From the human T2T-CHM13v2.0 reference genome, Homo sapiens: a DNA stretch of 64,000 nucleotides. The DNA lies in assembly GCF_009914755.1 (NCBI RefSeq), contig NC_060930.1, one strand, 5' to 3'. Made by a program: the position numbers and the translations under genes. Position 1 is the first letter of the stretch; every line of letters begins with the position of its first letter. Under the pieces are notes generated by a model. It saw only the letters and a list, made by a program, of their open reading frames with translations. It made no database searches and had not been told where the DNA came from. Positions 12,504 to 27,090 of this stretch are shown here, in pieces.

Positions 12504-13116
12504 AGATTTGGGTTCTTATCCAAAATAAGTCTGAAAATCCTTGCCTTTTAATGGGAAAAAATAGTCATTTTATATACGATGGAATTACTGTTTATTTGGA
12601 CTTAAACCAATACTAAGTGCTATGTGTGCTACTTACCTATGCTCCTTTTTCTCTCCTTTCTTTGCCTTCTGTTGGAATTATTTTATTTAATTATCCCCCT
12701 TTTAAAATGTGGAAGTTATTCACTTTTTTATAATTTTTTAGTAGCCACCCAGAGATTACAGCATGCCTTTTTAACAAATCCTAATGTTAATAGATTCTTT
12801 TACTCTCCCCAAAATAAATGCAAGAACCTTAAAAACCTTAACTCTTCCCAAACACCATTATTATTATTATTTATATGTAGCATATATTTGCTATTTATCC
12901 ACATGTATACCATTTTCATTGCTCTTTATTCTTTCTTGTATCTCTATTCTTCCATTTAGAATTATTTTATTCTGCCAATAAAATGTCCTATTAATGCAAA
13001 TCTGCTGGTAATTAATTGTCAGTTTTATTTTTCTAAAAATATATTTCTTTCACCTTCCTTCTTGAATACTTTTTTCTGGGCATTAAATTATAGGCTGCCC
13101 ATTTTATTTTAGCCCT

Positions 13117-15128
13117 TGTAACATTTTTATTTATGATAAGAAATGTATATAGTCATGCACCACAAAACAACATATGGTCAATAACATACAACATACTTAA
13201 CAGCAGTCTCATCAAATTATAATGGAGCTGAAAGTTCCCATTGCCTACTGACATCGCAGCCATCATACGACATAGTGCCTACTGACATTGCAGCCATCAT
13301 ACGTCTTAGTGCAGCATGTTAGTTATGTCTTTGTAGTGATGCTGGTTTAAACAAACCTCCTGTGCTGCCAGTCACATACAAGTATCGCACTTAAAATTAT
13401 GTACAGTACATATTTGATAATGTTCATAAATGACTGTGATACTGATTTCTGTATTTACTGTACTATACTTTTAATCATTAGAGTATAATCTTCCTACTTA
13501 CTGAAAAAAAAAGTTAACTGTAAAACAACCTCAGGCAAGTCCTTCAGAGGTATTCTAGAAGAAGGCATTGTCATCAGAAGAGAGGACAGCTCCATGTGTT
13601 ATCAGCCCTGAAGAACTTCCAGTGGGACAAAGTGTGGAGGTGGAAGACAGTGATATTAATGATCTTGACCCTGTGTAGGCCTAAGCTAATATGTGTGCTT
13701 GTGTCTTCATTTTTAACAAAAAACTTGTAAAGGTTAAAAACAATTTTGACAGAAAAAAAGTTACAGAATGAAAGTATTTTAAAAGAAGGTATTTTTGCAC
13801 AGCTATAAATGTGTTTTTGTTTTAAGCTAAATGTTAATACAAAAGAATCAAAAACTTTTTAAATTAAGTAGCCTATAAAGTTAAAAAGTTACTGTAAACT
13901 AAGGTTGATTTATTACAGAGGAAAGAAAATTTTAAAAATAATTTTAGTGTAGCCAAAGTATACAGTGTTTATAAAGTCTACAGTAGTATACAGCAATGTC
14001 CTAGGCCTTCACACCTACTCACCATTCACCCGCTGACTCACCCAGAGCAACTTTCAGTCCTTTAAGCTCCATTCATGGTAAGTGCCCCCTGCAAGTGCAC
14101 CATTTTTTATCTTTTATGTTGCATTTTTACTGTACCTTTTCCATGTTAAGATATGCAAATACTTACCATTGTGTTACGATTGCCTATAATATTCAGCACA
14201 GTAACGTGATACAAAGGTTTGTAGCCTAGAACCACATAGCCCAGAATAGTAGGCAATATCATCTATATTTGTGTAAGTACACTCTATGATGTTCACACAA
14301 TGATGAAATTGCCTAATGATGCATTTCTCAGACACATGACTATATTTGGTCTTCATCCCAGTTTCCTGGCACACAGCTCCTAAAACCTTTGGAATTTCTT
14401 AAGTGATAAGTATCTTTTGTAGCTAATGAGATATCTGGTGACTGGGGGCTTCTGGATAGCCTCAGGATGGGGCTGGTTGCCGGGGGAACCAACCATGTGA
14501 TTAGTCTTGTAATTTTCAGACCCCCGCCCCAACTTCTGGAGAGGAGAGAAAGGCTGAAGGTTGAGTTGATCACCAAAGGCCAATGTCGTGATCAATCATA
14601 AAAACCCAAAGGGACTGGATTCAGAGAGCCTCCAGATTGCTGAACACATGGTGGTTCCTAGAAGGTGGTGTGCCTGGAGAGGACATGGAAGTCTACACCC
14701 CTTCCCTCATACCTCGCTTTGCGTAGCTCTCCCATCTGGCTGTTCATCTGTATCTTTCAAAATAATTCTTTGTGATAAATTGGCAATAGTAAGTAAAGTG
14801 TTACCCTGAGTTCTGTGAGCCTCTCAAGAAATTTAATTGAACCTGAGGAGAGGGGAAACCCCCAATTTATAGCCTGCTAGTCAGAAGCATACCTTGCAAC
14901 CTGGCACTTGTAATTGTCATCTGAAATGGGAGGCAGTCTTGTGGGACTGTCCTTAGACCTATGTGATCTACATTAACTCCAGTTAGTGTCAGTATTGAAT
15001 TAAGTTAGTGTCAGTATTGACACTCAATTGGTGCCCACTAGAGAGCTGATTGTTGGTAGGGAGAAATCGCCACATATATGCCAGAAGTGTTCCATGTTGA
15101 GAAAAACACTTTGTTCTTTTCCATTTCA
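13117..15128 (+). mobile_element. MER21-family LTR (ERVL) split by Tigger3b after ~33 bp
   Basis: TGTAAC...ATAAGAAATGTATAT before the Tigger element and TATTTGGTCTTC...CCTGGCACACAGCTCCTAAAACC after it are contiguous in the MER21 consensus as I recall it. Confidence 0.8.
13150..14342 (+). mobile_element. Tigger3b (Golem) DNA transposon, near full length, no transposase ORF
   Basis: Inverted termini ATATAGTCATG / CATGACTATAT including the TA target site. About 1.2 kb. Internal CAGTGGGACAAAGTGTGGAGGTGGAAGACAGTGAT. Confidence 0.88.
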
Positions 15129-15257
15129 TATGGGGCTCTAAAGAATTCCATCATATTCTGGCTTCCATTGTTTCCATTAAGAAATTAGCTGCATGACTAA
15201 TTGTTGCCCCTTTGAAGGTAATCTGTTTATTCATCTAACTATTTTAAAGATCTCCTT

Positions 15258-15745
<488 letters not shown>

Positions 15746-15952
15746 TCAGGTTTTAGTTTTACTCTGATAGTAAAGGTATACTCTTTAGTTTTACTCTGAT
15801 AGGCTTAGGTGCAGGTTCCTTTTTATTTCTCTTGCTTTAGGTTATTTGGGCTTAACTGAGTATATGGATTGATATCTTTCATCAGTTTTGGAAAGGTCTC
15901 GGCCATTATCCCTTCATATATTGTTTTTGCCCTATTCTCTTTCACATTCTAA

Positions 15953-16339
<387 letters not shown>

Positions 16340-16717
16340 TAATCTAGCTTCTAATTCAGTAATTCTTTCTTCAGCTATGTTTCATATACTTTTAAACCTA
16401 TCCATTGAATCCTTAGTCTTGGGTATTATAATTTTCAGTTCTAGAATTTTAATTTTTTTAACAAAGTTTCAATTCCCTGCCAAAATTCTCAAACCATGTC
16501 TATTTCCATCATGTATTTTTATCTCCTTGAACATAATAAGCATTGCTGTTTTTTTAATTATAAAATCTGCATCTGATAATTCCAACATCTAGAACCCCTG
16601 CTGTATATGCTTTTATGTTTGTTCATGTTGTCCAGTCTCATGTGTTTGGTTTTTGGTGTTGGTTTTGGTTTGTTGTGTGTATGTGTGTGTTTTATTTGTT
16701 TTTTTGTGAGTTGTTTT

Positions 16718-16721
<4 letters not shown>

Positions 16722-16752
<31 letters not shown>
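16722..16752 (+). repeat. (TG)n microsatellite
   Basis: Read directly from the sequence. Confidence 0.95.
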
Positions 16753-16753
<1 letters not shown>

Positions 16754-17121
16754 CTGGACATTGCAGGTGCAAAGTTGTTTGTAGAAATTATCTGACACCA
16801 GGATGACATCTTCTTCCAGAGAGGATTTGCAAGACCCTGAGGGCACTAGCAACATTGGATCGCCTTAATCCAATTTCAGGAATTGAGATGAGTCTAAGCA
16901 GAGCGGCAGTCACTGTAAGAACCTGTCTACTTCCAGTTTATCCTTAGTCCTCAGGCACAGCCCTTTGGGGTCTCAATCCAAAGCAAGGAGGTTTACCAAA
17001 TACTCCTCTTGGTAGGCTTTGTCTCATATCCCCAGATCCTCAAAAGCGCTGATTAACCTTTCAACCTCTCAGTCACTCACTCCCTCCATTCCCAGAGGAA
17101 AAGCATTTAAAAGCCAAGCTC

Positions 17122-17411
17122 AGCCAGGTGCAGTGACTTAAGTCTATAAGCCCAGCAGTTTGGGAGGCTGAGGCAGGAGGATCACTTGGGCCAGGTGTTC
17201 CAGACCAGCCTGGGCAACATAGCAAGACCCTATCTCTACAAAAAAAATTTTAATTAGCTGAGTGTGGTGGTGCACACCTGTGACCCCACCTACTCAGGAG
17301 GCTGAGGCAAAAGGATTGCTTGAGCTGAGGAGGTTAAGGCTGCAGTGAGCTGTGATCACATCAGTGCACCCCAGCCTGAGCAACAGAGTAAGACCCTGTC
17401 TCAAAAAAAAA
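17122..17411 (+). mobile_element. AluJ
   Basis: J-type GGAGGATCACTTG / GGCAACATAGCAAGACCC. TSD AAGCCAAGCTC. Confidence 0.93.
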
Positions 17412-19420
17412 TAAGCCAAGCTCACCTCCCTAGTCTCAGTCCTCTCCATATCCTAGCTCAATAATTGTCTACTATCTTGTTTGTCTTATTAGTGCTCAGA
17501 TGCTTCAAATGGTCTGGTGTTGTGGTGGTAGTGGTAGTTTTTTAAAAAATATATAGCTCTTCTAGTTGCCCTCAGCAAGAAGGTTGATCACCATTACCTA
17601 GTCTGCTGTTACTAAAAGCAAGCACAATGATGTGCAGGAAGTTTCTAAGACACAACCATGTTAAAAAAAGCATTTTGTGTTTTAAAGCTAACAGTTTACA
17701 CAACACAGATTAACATGTCAAGGATTGTCATAACAGAATTTATTTTTCTGAGTTAAAAAGTTTCAAGATTTATACGATTTATTGACTTTAATACCAAAGA
17801 GGATGAATCAGGATAATAGACTTAATAAGAGCAAAGTTAAATGGTGAACTGTTTTCATGTTTTGAAAATAAAATTAGATTCTGTGTTCATTTTTAAGGAA
17901 TCATGACCCAAGAGAACTGACAACACTGGTGGGAGTTTCTAGGAAGGGGAGAGGAGCCAAGGGCTTGCTCTGGGGTGATGGGGAGGAGCAGGCAGATCTT
18001 GGAAGAGTATGGTGAGTTCAGCACTAATGGCCTTCATCCAACATGCTGAAGAGTCCAGCAGGAGAGGCGTCAGGAGCCAGGGGTGGGGTTCTAGCTGGGT
18101 CAACTAATGGACAGTGAACCAGAGAAATTGACTTGGGAGCTGCTTGTGGCCAACTGGAATTGGAACAAGGGGAGCTAAACCACTCTGATGGCGAGTGCAC
18201 AGAGAGAGGAGGATGCCCTCAGAGCACCAACCTTCAGGGGCAGAGGGCTTGGTGGGGGATCCCTGAGGGGAGCAGAAAGACTTTCAGATGATGGGAGGTT
18301 GAACCTGCTGGGAAGAGGCTCTTTGGAAGTCTTGCTGGCCCTAGAACCAATTTCCCCCAAGAAGTTGAGGCTGAGAGGAGGAGGCCTCTGCTGACTTGGT
18401 GAGCGCAGTTTCCATAGGGTTTGGAACCAGAAGGCTGCTGAGAGGGCCTAGGAACAAGTGGGAGGTCAGGAAATAGAGGCAGTGTGTGTAGACTTCTTTT
18501 TGAGAATGTGTGGGGCTCTGAAGGAAGGAAGGAATTGAGGTGGTGATTCAGGGAAGAGCTAGTGGGAACAACTGGAGGAAGTTTGTGGGCGGAAGGGAAG
18601 GCTCTTGGGCAGACAGAGGGGCTAATAAACCCCATGAAATGAAAAAATCTGAGGGAGTCAGTGCCCACCCTGGGTAGCAGTGTTCAGATCCCTACACTCC
18701 ACAATAGCTCCTGTGAATCCCATTTTTCCGATGAGGAAAGTGAGACTCAGAGAGGCTGACTTGCCCAGGTGACTGCTAGAGAGAGATAGGCCTGGGATGG
18801 ACACCCAGGTTTGTCAAGTTACGAAGCCCATCTCTCAACCTCTGCCCCCTCTCCCCGTGCTCATCATGGTTTCAGGGTTTTCCATGACTATGACCACCCC
18901 CGTCACCACTACACTGTCACCGTCATCACGCCCACCGTGGCCTCCACCACTATGACCACCTCTGTCACTGTCCACCCCACCACAGTAATTACACTCACCA
19001 ATACAAGATTTCCTGCGCAGGACACATGCAGTTTCTGTCTTTAGGGGTCTCCTATTCTGAGAACATGCAAACAACAGAACAGGCGAGCAGAGACAGTCAG
19101 CCAGAGCCTCTGCAGCATGCGGCTGGCCAGGGGCTGTGCTGGTCCTATAGTCAGGCTTGAGCTTCCAGCTTCTTTCTGAGGAGGGGGCATGTCAGAAACT
19201 GGTTTTGCCATTTGCTCGTCTTTTCCCATGGCAAACTCCATGGGCCTCCTCCATCACCCATCCTCACCCCACCCCAAATCCTCCATTCATTGTCTCTGAG
19301 CTGAGAAAATTAAACACATTTTTCCAAGGGAAAATCCTTAGGGAAGGGAGGGTGTGCAGAGGGATTAGGGGCTGGGCTGAGGCCCAGCCATTCTTGGTCC
19401 TCCTCCGAGACTCTTGGCTT

Positions 19421-19610
19421 CCTGCAGGGACATGCTCCCCACTCACCAGGGCCCCCTTCCCTCCCCCAGCACCACCACACCCCTCCTTGGCACAACCAGG
19501 GATGGGAAGTCCAGGAGTACAGCCTGGGCCTGCCGCCTCCATGTCTTACAGGGCAAGACCCTCCCTAGAGCTGCCCACAGGCCCTCTCCACCAGGCCTCA
19601 GGCCTGGAGA
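19421..19610 (+). repeat. Local direct duplication, copy A (partner 22640-22829)
   Basis: 190 bp with 7 substitutions and no indels by eye. Offset 3219 bp. Confidence 0.97.
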
Positions 19611-22399
19611 GAGAGAGGTCTGGGATATAAAAGGGAGATGAAGTGGGGATGAGGCAGGCCTGGGGATGCTCAGAGAAAGTTTCCACGCTGAGCAGCTTGT
19701 TCTGAGCCACACTGCCAATTCCCCCTCCTCACTAATCACAGGATTAGAGAAAGTGGAGTCCGGGAATACAGGAGCCAGAGTCTGGGGATGGACACAGTGT
19801 GGTGAAGGGAACCAGACAGGCTTGCAGTGGAAGCGCTGCTTAGCCTGTCACATGCAGCCGCTGTGTGGTCCAGACAGGCCATTGACCTCTCTGAGCCCCA
19901 CGCCCTTGTTTGTCAAGTGAGCATCATTTAGATAGAGCACATGTGTCAGCTGATGTGTTTGGGAGGCAGTGGCTAGTTGAATTGGCCGTTGTTGTGAGCT
20001 CTAAGTGCAGGAAAGAGGGGTTAGGAAAGTGTGTGGCTATTTCTTGCCCCTCCAGACATCACCCCTGGCCTCTTGAGCCCTGGAAGGCCGAGCTGCTCAC
20101 TGGGGAGAACGTGTGTTGGCATCAGGATGGCCGGGTGGGACCTCCGCTCCACTGTGTGAGCCCGTGATGACTCATCCTCACCAGGCTGCCATTTCCAGGT
20201 TGCTATACCAAGATGCCTTATAGGCCTGCTTCCAGGACTGAGTGAGAGTTAGCATAGGCAAGGGTCTAGCCCAGTGTCTGTGGGTGTCTGCCTCACTTCC
20301 CTTTTTCCTTGGTCTGAACCCAGTGAGTCCGAGCCACTGATTCATTCTCTGTACTCACAGGGGCAGACAGAGGTCCCAGCAGTCCTTATCTTGCCCTATG
20401 TTTGCCATACCCACTTGCTCCTCTTCCCCAAAGCCATTTTCACCTGTCACTGTCCTTGCTCAGAAGCCTAGCATAAGCTCCCAATTCTCACAAACCAGCC
20501 TTCTCAGCCTGGCATTGAAGGCCCCAGCATGCCCGCCTCCAGCCCCATCCTCTCTGACTGTCTCACCAAATGTTCCTCACCCCAAGCTCTAACGTGGCCC
20601 TGGCTGACCTCCTGCCTCCCCCTGGTCCCCACAGCACTCATGCCTGCCACCTCCTTCCTCTGTCCTCCCTAGACTTCCGAGCTGGGCCCTGCCTCATTCA
20701 TCTTTGAGTTCCTACGGATGTAAAAAGTCACAGACAAACCAAATCTCCAGCAGCAGCAGAGAGGAAGCCTATCAATAACAGGCCATAACGCAGTTATCAG
20801 GCGGATTGGCTTTGGGAAAGAAGCAGGTAATCGAATCTCCCTTCGGGCGCCATCTGTCTCCATTGCCCCTGCCTCACCCACTGGATGCCCACCTGCGTCC
20901 GGCGGCCAAGCCAGCGGGCCTGGCGGTAATGCAATTACAGCACCATTCCATTAAAGGGAGCTTGGGTTCTTTGGGGACAAGGGGAAGGGTTCCAGAAGGA
21001 CAAGCAGGAGAGGACAAGGACAGGGTCAGAGGGAAACAAATGCAGGAGTGACACCCACGGCCAAGATAGATCTGGAAAAAAGTGCAGAAGAGTATGCTGT
21101 TCTCAATATTCCTGTTTCTTTTGAATTCTTACCCATACCTTCTCCCTTTCAAGTTTCTGGGACTGCTGCTTTGTGGGAAGGTCCCTAGCACATAGAAGGT
21201 GCTGAGACACATCAGCCCAGACTTTGGCACCAGGCTGCCTGGGACGGAACCCCACCCTGTCCCTGGCCAGGTGTATGACCTGGGGCAGGCTAGTTAACCT
21301 CTCTGTGTCTGAGTTGGCCCCTCTGTAAAATGCAGATGGTGACAGCAATAGTGGTAGTGATACCCATGTCACAGCTGGCTGTGAGGACTCAACGAGTTAA
21401 TCTAGTGAAGTCTTAGAGAGGGTCTGGCCTATGGGACTCCCACATGGTCATCCATTCAGGTGGGATGGCTGCTCCTAGAGGGCTCCCTTCAGGGGCGGCC
21501 AGAACCCTGCCTGTGTACAGTGAAATGGTGCAGGGATGATCTCTTTACAGCGGGCAGTGGCTGGCAAGAACTGAGCTCCACTTCTAGGATCATAACTGAG
21601 CCCTATTCCTCACTGTCTGTCACAGGGGCCGTGTAGGGGCAGCAGGCAGCTGGTCCCTGGGCTTCAAAGCCAGCCCATTCCTAGAGCTTCTCATTCCACT
21701 GGTATGGGGTGAGACCCAGGCATTGGTAATTATTTCAAACTCCCCAGACAAGGCTGACAAGCAGCCAAGGGTGGAGACCACCACCTCTGGCCTGGGAGAC
21801 CAACATGAGTGTGGTGATAGTGCCTGGCAGAGAACCAGCCAAGAGAGGTCAGCAAGACCAGGAAACACAGGCACCTGAGGACCCCAGACCCTCAAGGCCA
21901 CCAACCTTGAGCAGGCAGCAAAGGGTGGCATGGAGTCTCTGGCTGCCAATTCCTCATTCAATTATTCCACAGATGTTTACTATCTGCCTGGTCGGTGCTG
22001 GGGCCTGGGCAAGGCCCTTGGGCTCCAGAAAGGCGAGACGCAGTTCTGTCCTTCAGGCCACAAGGTCTAGTGGGGGAAGCAGTGGCAGTCCAGAATAAGA
22101 GCAGCAGCTGCTGGGGCACAGTATACCCTGAGAGAGCTAGAGCTGGGGATCACGGGGCACGTATACGGATTTTTGACATTGACACTATACTGAACATACT
22201 CTTAGCATTCGTATTTTTCAGCAATAACTTCCCACCTTAATAAACAGTCATGCACAATACGATTTTTCAAGGCCACATCGTATCACACCACATGGGTGCT
22301 GTAATTTATCTAGCCCTCCCTCTGCTGCTGGATATTTAGTTTTTTCAGAGGCATCACTGAGGAGGGCTTATTTTCCTTGCACAATGAGATGCACAAAGG

Positions 22400-22990
22400 T
22401 GGCAGCAGGCTACCGCTGATGTTACAGCCGTGTGTGCTGCCATCCACAGCCCAGGCTCCCTCTAGCTTTCTGCCCCTCCCGCCTGAATTTGTGGCTTCCT
22501 CGTTCTTGCTCAGAGAACGGCTGTTGGACTTCCAGCCATCACATCCACGTTGCAGGCAAGAAAAGTGGGGAGAGAGAAGAGCAGAGCATGCTGCCTGCTG
22601 AAAACTCCCCCCTTTAAGCAAGAAAACCATACAGTTGATCCTGCAAGGACATGCTCCCCACTCACCAGGGCCCCCTTCCCTCCCCCAGCACCACCACACC
22701 CCTCCTTGGCACAACCAGGGATGGGAAGCCCAGGAGTACAGCCTGGGCCTGCCACCTCCATGTCTCAGGGGGCAAGACCCTCCCTAGAGCTGCCCACAGG
22801 CCCCCTCCACCAGGCCTCAGGCCTGGAGAAAGAAACATGGCCAGGGCCATGTCTAGGCCCACCCTAGTTGCAAAGGAGCCCAGAAAGTCTAGCCTTTGCT
22901 GGGCACACTGCTGCTGCCCTGAAGAGAGCTGGAATTGTATTAGGAAGGAGGGTGGGGAGGAAAAGCAGGCACCTAACACCGTCTGCCACC
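22400..22990 (-). mobile_element. MLT1J-like MaLR LTR interrupted by duplication copy B
   Basis: CTTCCAGCCATCACATCC...GCAAGAAA before and CCCTAGTTGCAAAGGAG...GCTGGGCACACTGCTG...TCTGCCAC after. This is antisense to the MLT1 text at 59194-59576. Confidence 0.7.
22640..22829 (+). repeat. Local direct duplication, copy B
   Basis: See copy A. Confidence 0.97.
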
Positions 22991-23940
22991 TTGATCCTAT
23001 AGCACAACAAACTGAATGCCTTATTGTGGATACGCAGCCTGGGAGGCAGTGGGTCCCCCAGGCACAGATTATCCCAATAGAGGTTAGCTGATGACTTTGC
23101 CAGAAATGTCTTGGCGAGGATTCAAACAAAAGAAGGAAATCAAGAGGCTCCACAGCTCTTTTTGGCCTTAGGGCTTTGGGGGAAGAGTCCCACACCCTTA
23201 ATTAGGTTATTCTATAACTTGAGTTTAACGGAGAAAGTATGATGAATTGGAAGTCACAGGTTCTAACCTCACTCTACCTCTCACTGTGCAACCTGTAGCA
23301 AATTCTTAAATTTTCTGAGCCTCAGATTCCTCTGCTATAAAATGGGAATAAAGTAACTTACAATTATTTGTGATTAATATGTGCTGGACACTATGTGAAT
23401 TATTTACATGAATTATCTTACTTAATTCTGACAGCTCTATGAGATGGTTGTTACTATTTCCCCCATTTTACAGACAAAAAACTATGGCACAAAAAGGGTT
23501 AACAGTGAAACAATGCTCTTCCCCACCCCCCTCAAGCATTATTGATGTATAGTTGACAGATAAAATTGTATATTTTTAAAGTGTCCAATGTGATGATTTG
23601 ATATATGTATATATTGTGGCATGATTCCCGCCATCAGGTGAGTTAACACATCCACATCCCTCACGTAGGAGGGAACATTTATTGCCACTGCAGCCTCCTC
23701 TCTGCCAGAATCTGGTGGAGTTAACTGTGACACACATGTGAACTGTGACATGCTTTACAAATAGTCCATGTTGGAGCCTTCTGTGCTGCCTTAGGACTGT
23801 AGACTAGAAGAAAAATAACAAATTCACTTATTCATTTAAGAAATATTCCTCATTCAACTGCTACACTCCAGTACTCTCTTAGGGCAGATATCAGTAACCA
23901 AACAGAAAAAGCATTTGTCCCTCAAAGAGCTCACATTTTA

Positions 23941-24379
<439 letters not shown>

Positions 24380-24862
24380 CTATTTTAGATGAAGAGGTCA
24401 GAAAAGGCCCCTTCTGTACAAAGGGGACATTTGTAGGAAGCAAGGGAGCCCATTACATGGACACCTGGGGAAGGTGTCCTAGGCAGCGGGAACAGCTGGT
24501 GCAACGGCTCAATGTGGGCACTTGCTTGGGATGTTTGAGAAACAGCAAGAAGGCTCAAGTGGCTGGAGTGCATTGGTGGATTGAGTGAGCCGAGAGTGGG
24601 GAGAGGAGGTCAGGGGGCAATAGGGTAGGGGCTGGTTAAGGTTTTGTGGCCACTATAAGGATGTCAGCTTTTGCTTGAGGAAATGGGAGCCACCAGCGGG
24701 TTCTGAGCAGAAGGGTGACACGATCTGATCTGCTCTTAACAGGATCACTCTGGCCACTGCTGAGAATTGGCTAAGCAAGGGGGCAGGCAGGAAGACCAGT
24801 TGGGGGCCATGCAATAATCCAGCTGAGAGAGGTAGGTGGCTTGGCCCAGGTGGTCATGGTGA

Positions 24863-25258
<396 letters not shown>

Positions 25259-25950
25259 TAAGGAAAAGAGAGAGAGAAGTCAAGGACGACTCCGAGGTTT
25301 CTGGGTGTGAGCAAGCTGGAGGAAGGAGTTGTCATTTACTGAGAGAGGGAAGACTATGGGGAATGAAGATTTGGGAGAGAAGATCAGACGCTCAGTTTTG
25401 GACATACTGATTTTGATCTTCTCATTAGACCTCCAGGAAGAGATGTTAAGCAGACAATTTGAATACACAAGTCTGGAGTTCAGGGGAAAGTCTCAGGCCT
25501 AAGATATAAATGAAAGGGTCATGAGCATATAAATAGTATTAAAGCAATGACAGTGACTTAGTTTACCAAGGGAGTAAGCACAGAGGAGACACAGAAGATG
25601 TGCCAGTACTGAGCCCTAGGTCTTTCCAGTGTTCGGAGGTTGAGGAGACCAAGAAGGCACAGCCAGAGAGGTGGGAGGAGAACTGGGAGAGGGCAGTGTC
25701 CTGGAGGCCAAGAGAAGAAAACACAGATGACTTATCTAGAAACAGCCATAAAAGCTTTCAAAAAGTTAATGCCCTTTAACTAAAAAATGCGCTTCAAGAA
25801 TACATTATAATTAAATACTCCTGACTGTGCACACAGATTGATGGCCAAGGATGTTCTTGACAGTGTGGGTTATAAAAGTGAAAAACAAAAAACCACCTGA
25901 ATGTCTAACGATGGGGTCTTGGCTAAATAAATTAGGATACATCCATGTGA

Positions 25951-26283
<333 letters not shown>

Positions 26284-26894
26284 TGAAAACTCACATTTTG
26301 TGGAAAATTTTAAGACTCCTGAAAGATCTGCATGCAGGTTTGTCTTCATGATCTATTACTAAGTGAAAGCAAGCTGGTTACAAATCATTACAGTCAACAA
26401 GGTCTCTGTATCAGTCAGTTAAGAACATGGGAGCCACTCTAGGCATTGCAAGCAGAAAGGGATTTAGCCCTGGGAATTAGTGTATACAAAGGTGTGGAAA
26501 GGCTGGCTTGGTTTCTTTGCTAGCTTTTAGGGTGTTAGGAAGTTGCTGAAACCACAAGATACCTGAGCCTCTAGCACCAAAGCAAAGAAAATGCCTGGAG
26601 GCTTCTCAAAAATCTCCTATCTGCTGAAGCCCACACAGCTGCCCACAGCTGCCACCAGGAAAATATTATGATTTATGCTTCTTTTCCATCTGCCAAATCT
26701 TGTGAAAGTGCCTCTCATTGGCTGGCGAGGATTCTGAGGATTGTAGCTCCCTGGCTTCCAGCCCCTGCTGGCCAGGGAAGCATAGGTTAGGGGAGAGAAA
26801 TTATATCAAGTTGCCAGCAGATAATACTGCACACTTTACAAATATTTCCTTACAAAGATAATGTGCCTGGAGAAAAGACTGAATGCATAAATGC

Positions 26895-27090
26895 TGTGGC
26901 AGGCCAAATAACGTCTCCCAAAGATGTCCACACCCTAATGCCTGGAACTCGTGAATACATTATGTTACTTGTCAAAAGGGAGTTTGCATGTGATTAAGGT
27001 TAAGGACCTTAAAATCGGGATATTTTCCTGGGTCATCCAGGTGGACCCCATCTAATTGCATGAGCCCTTAAAAGCAGAGAACATTCTCTC
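26895..27090 (+). mobile_element. MLT1D/E-like LTR 5' fragment, preceded by another old LTR-like piece at ~26407-26830
   Basis: TGTGGCAGG...CCCAAAGATGTCCAC...GTGATTAAGGTTAAGGACCTT...CCCTTAAAAGCAGAGAA. Confidence 0.75.
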
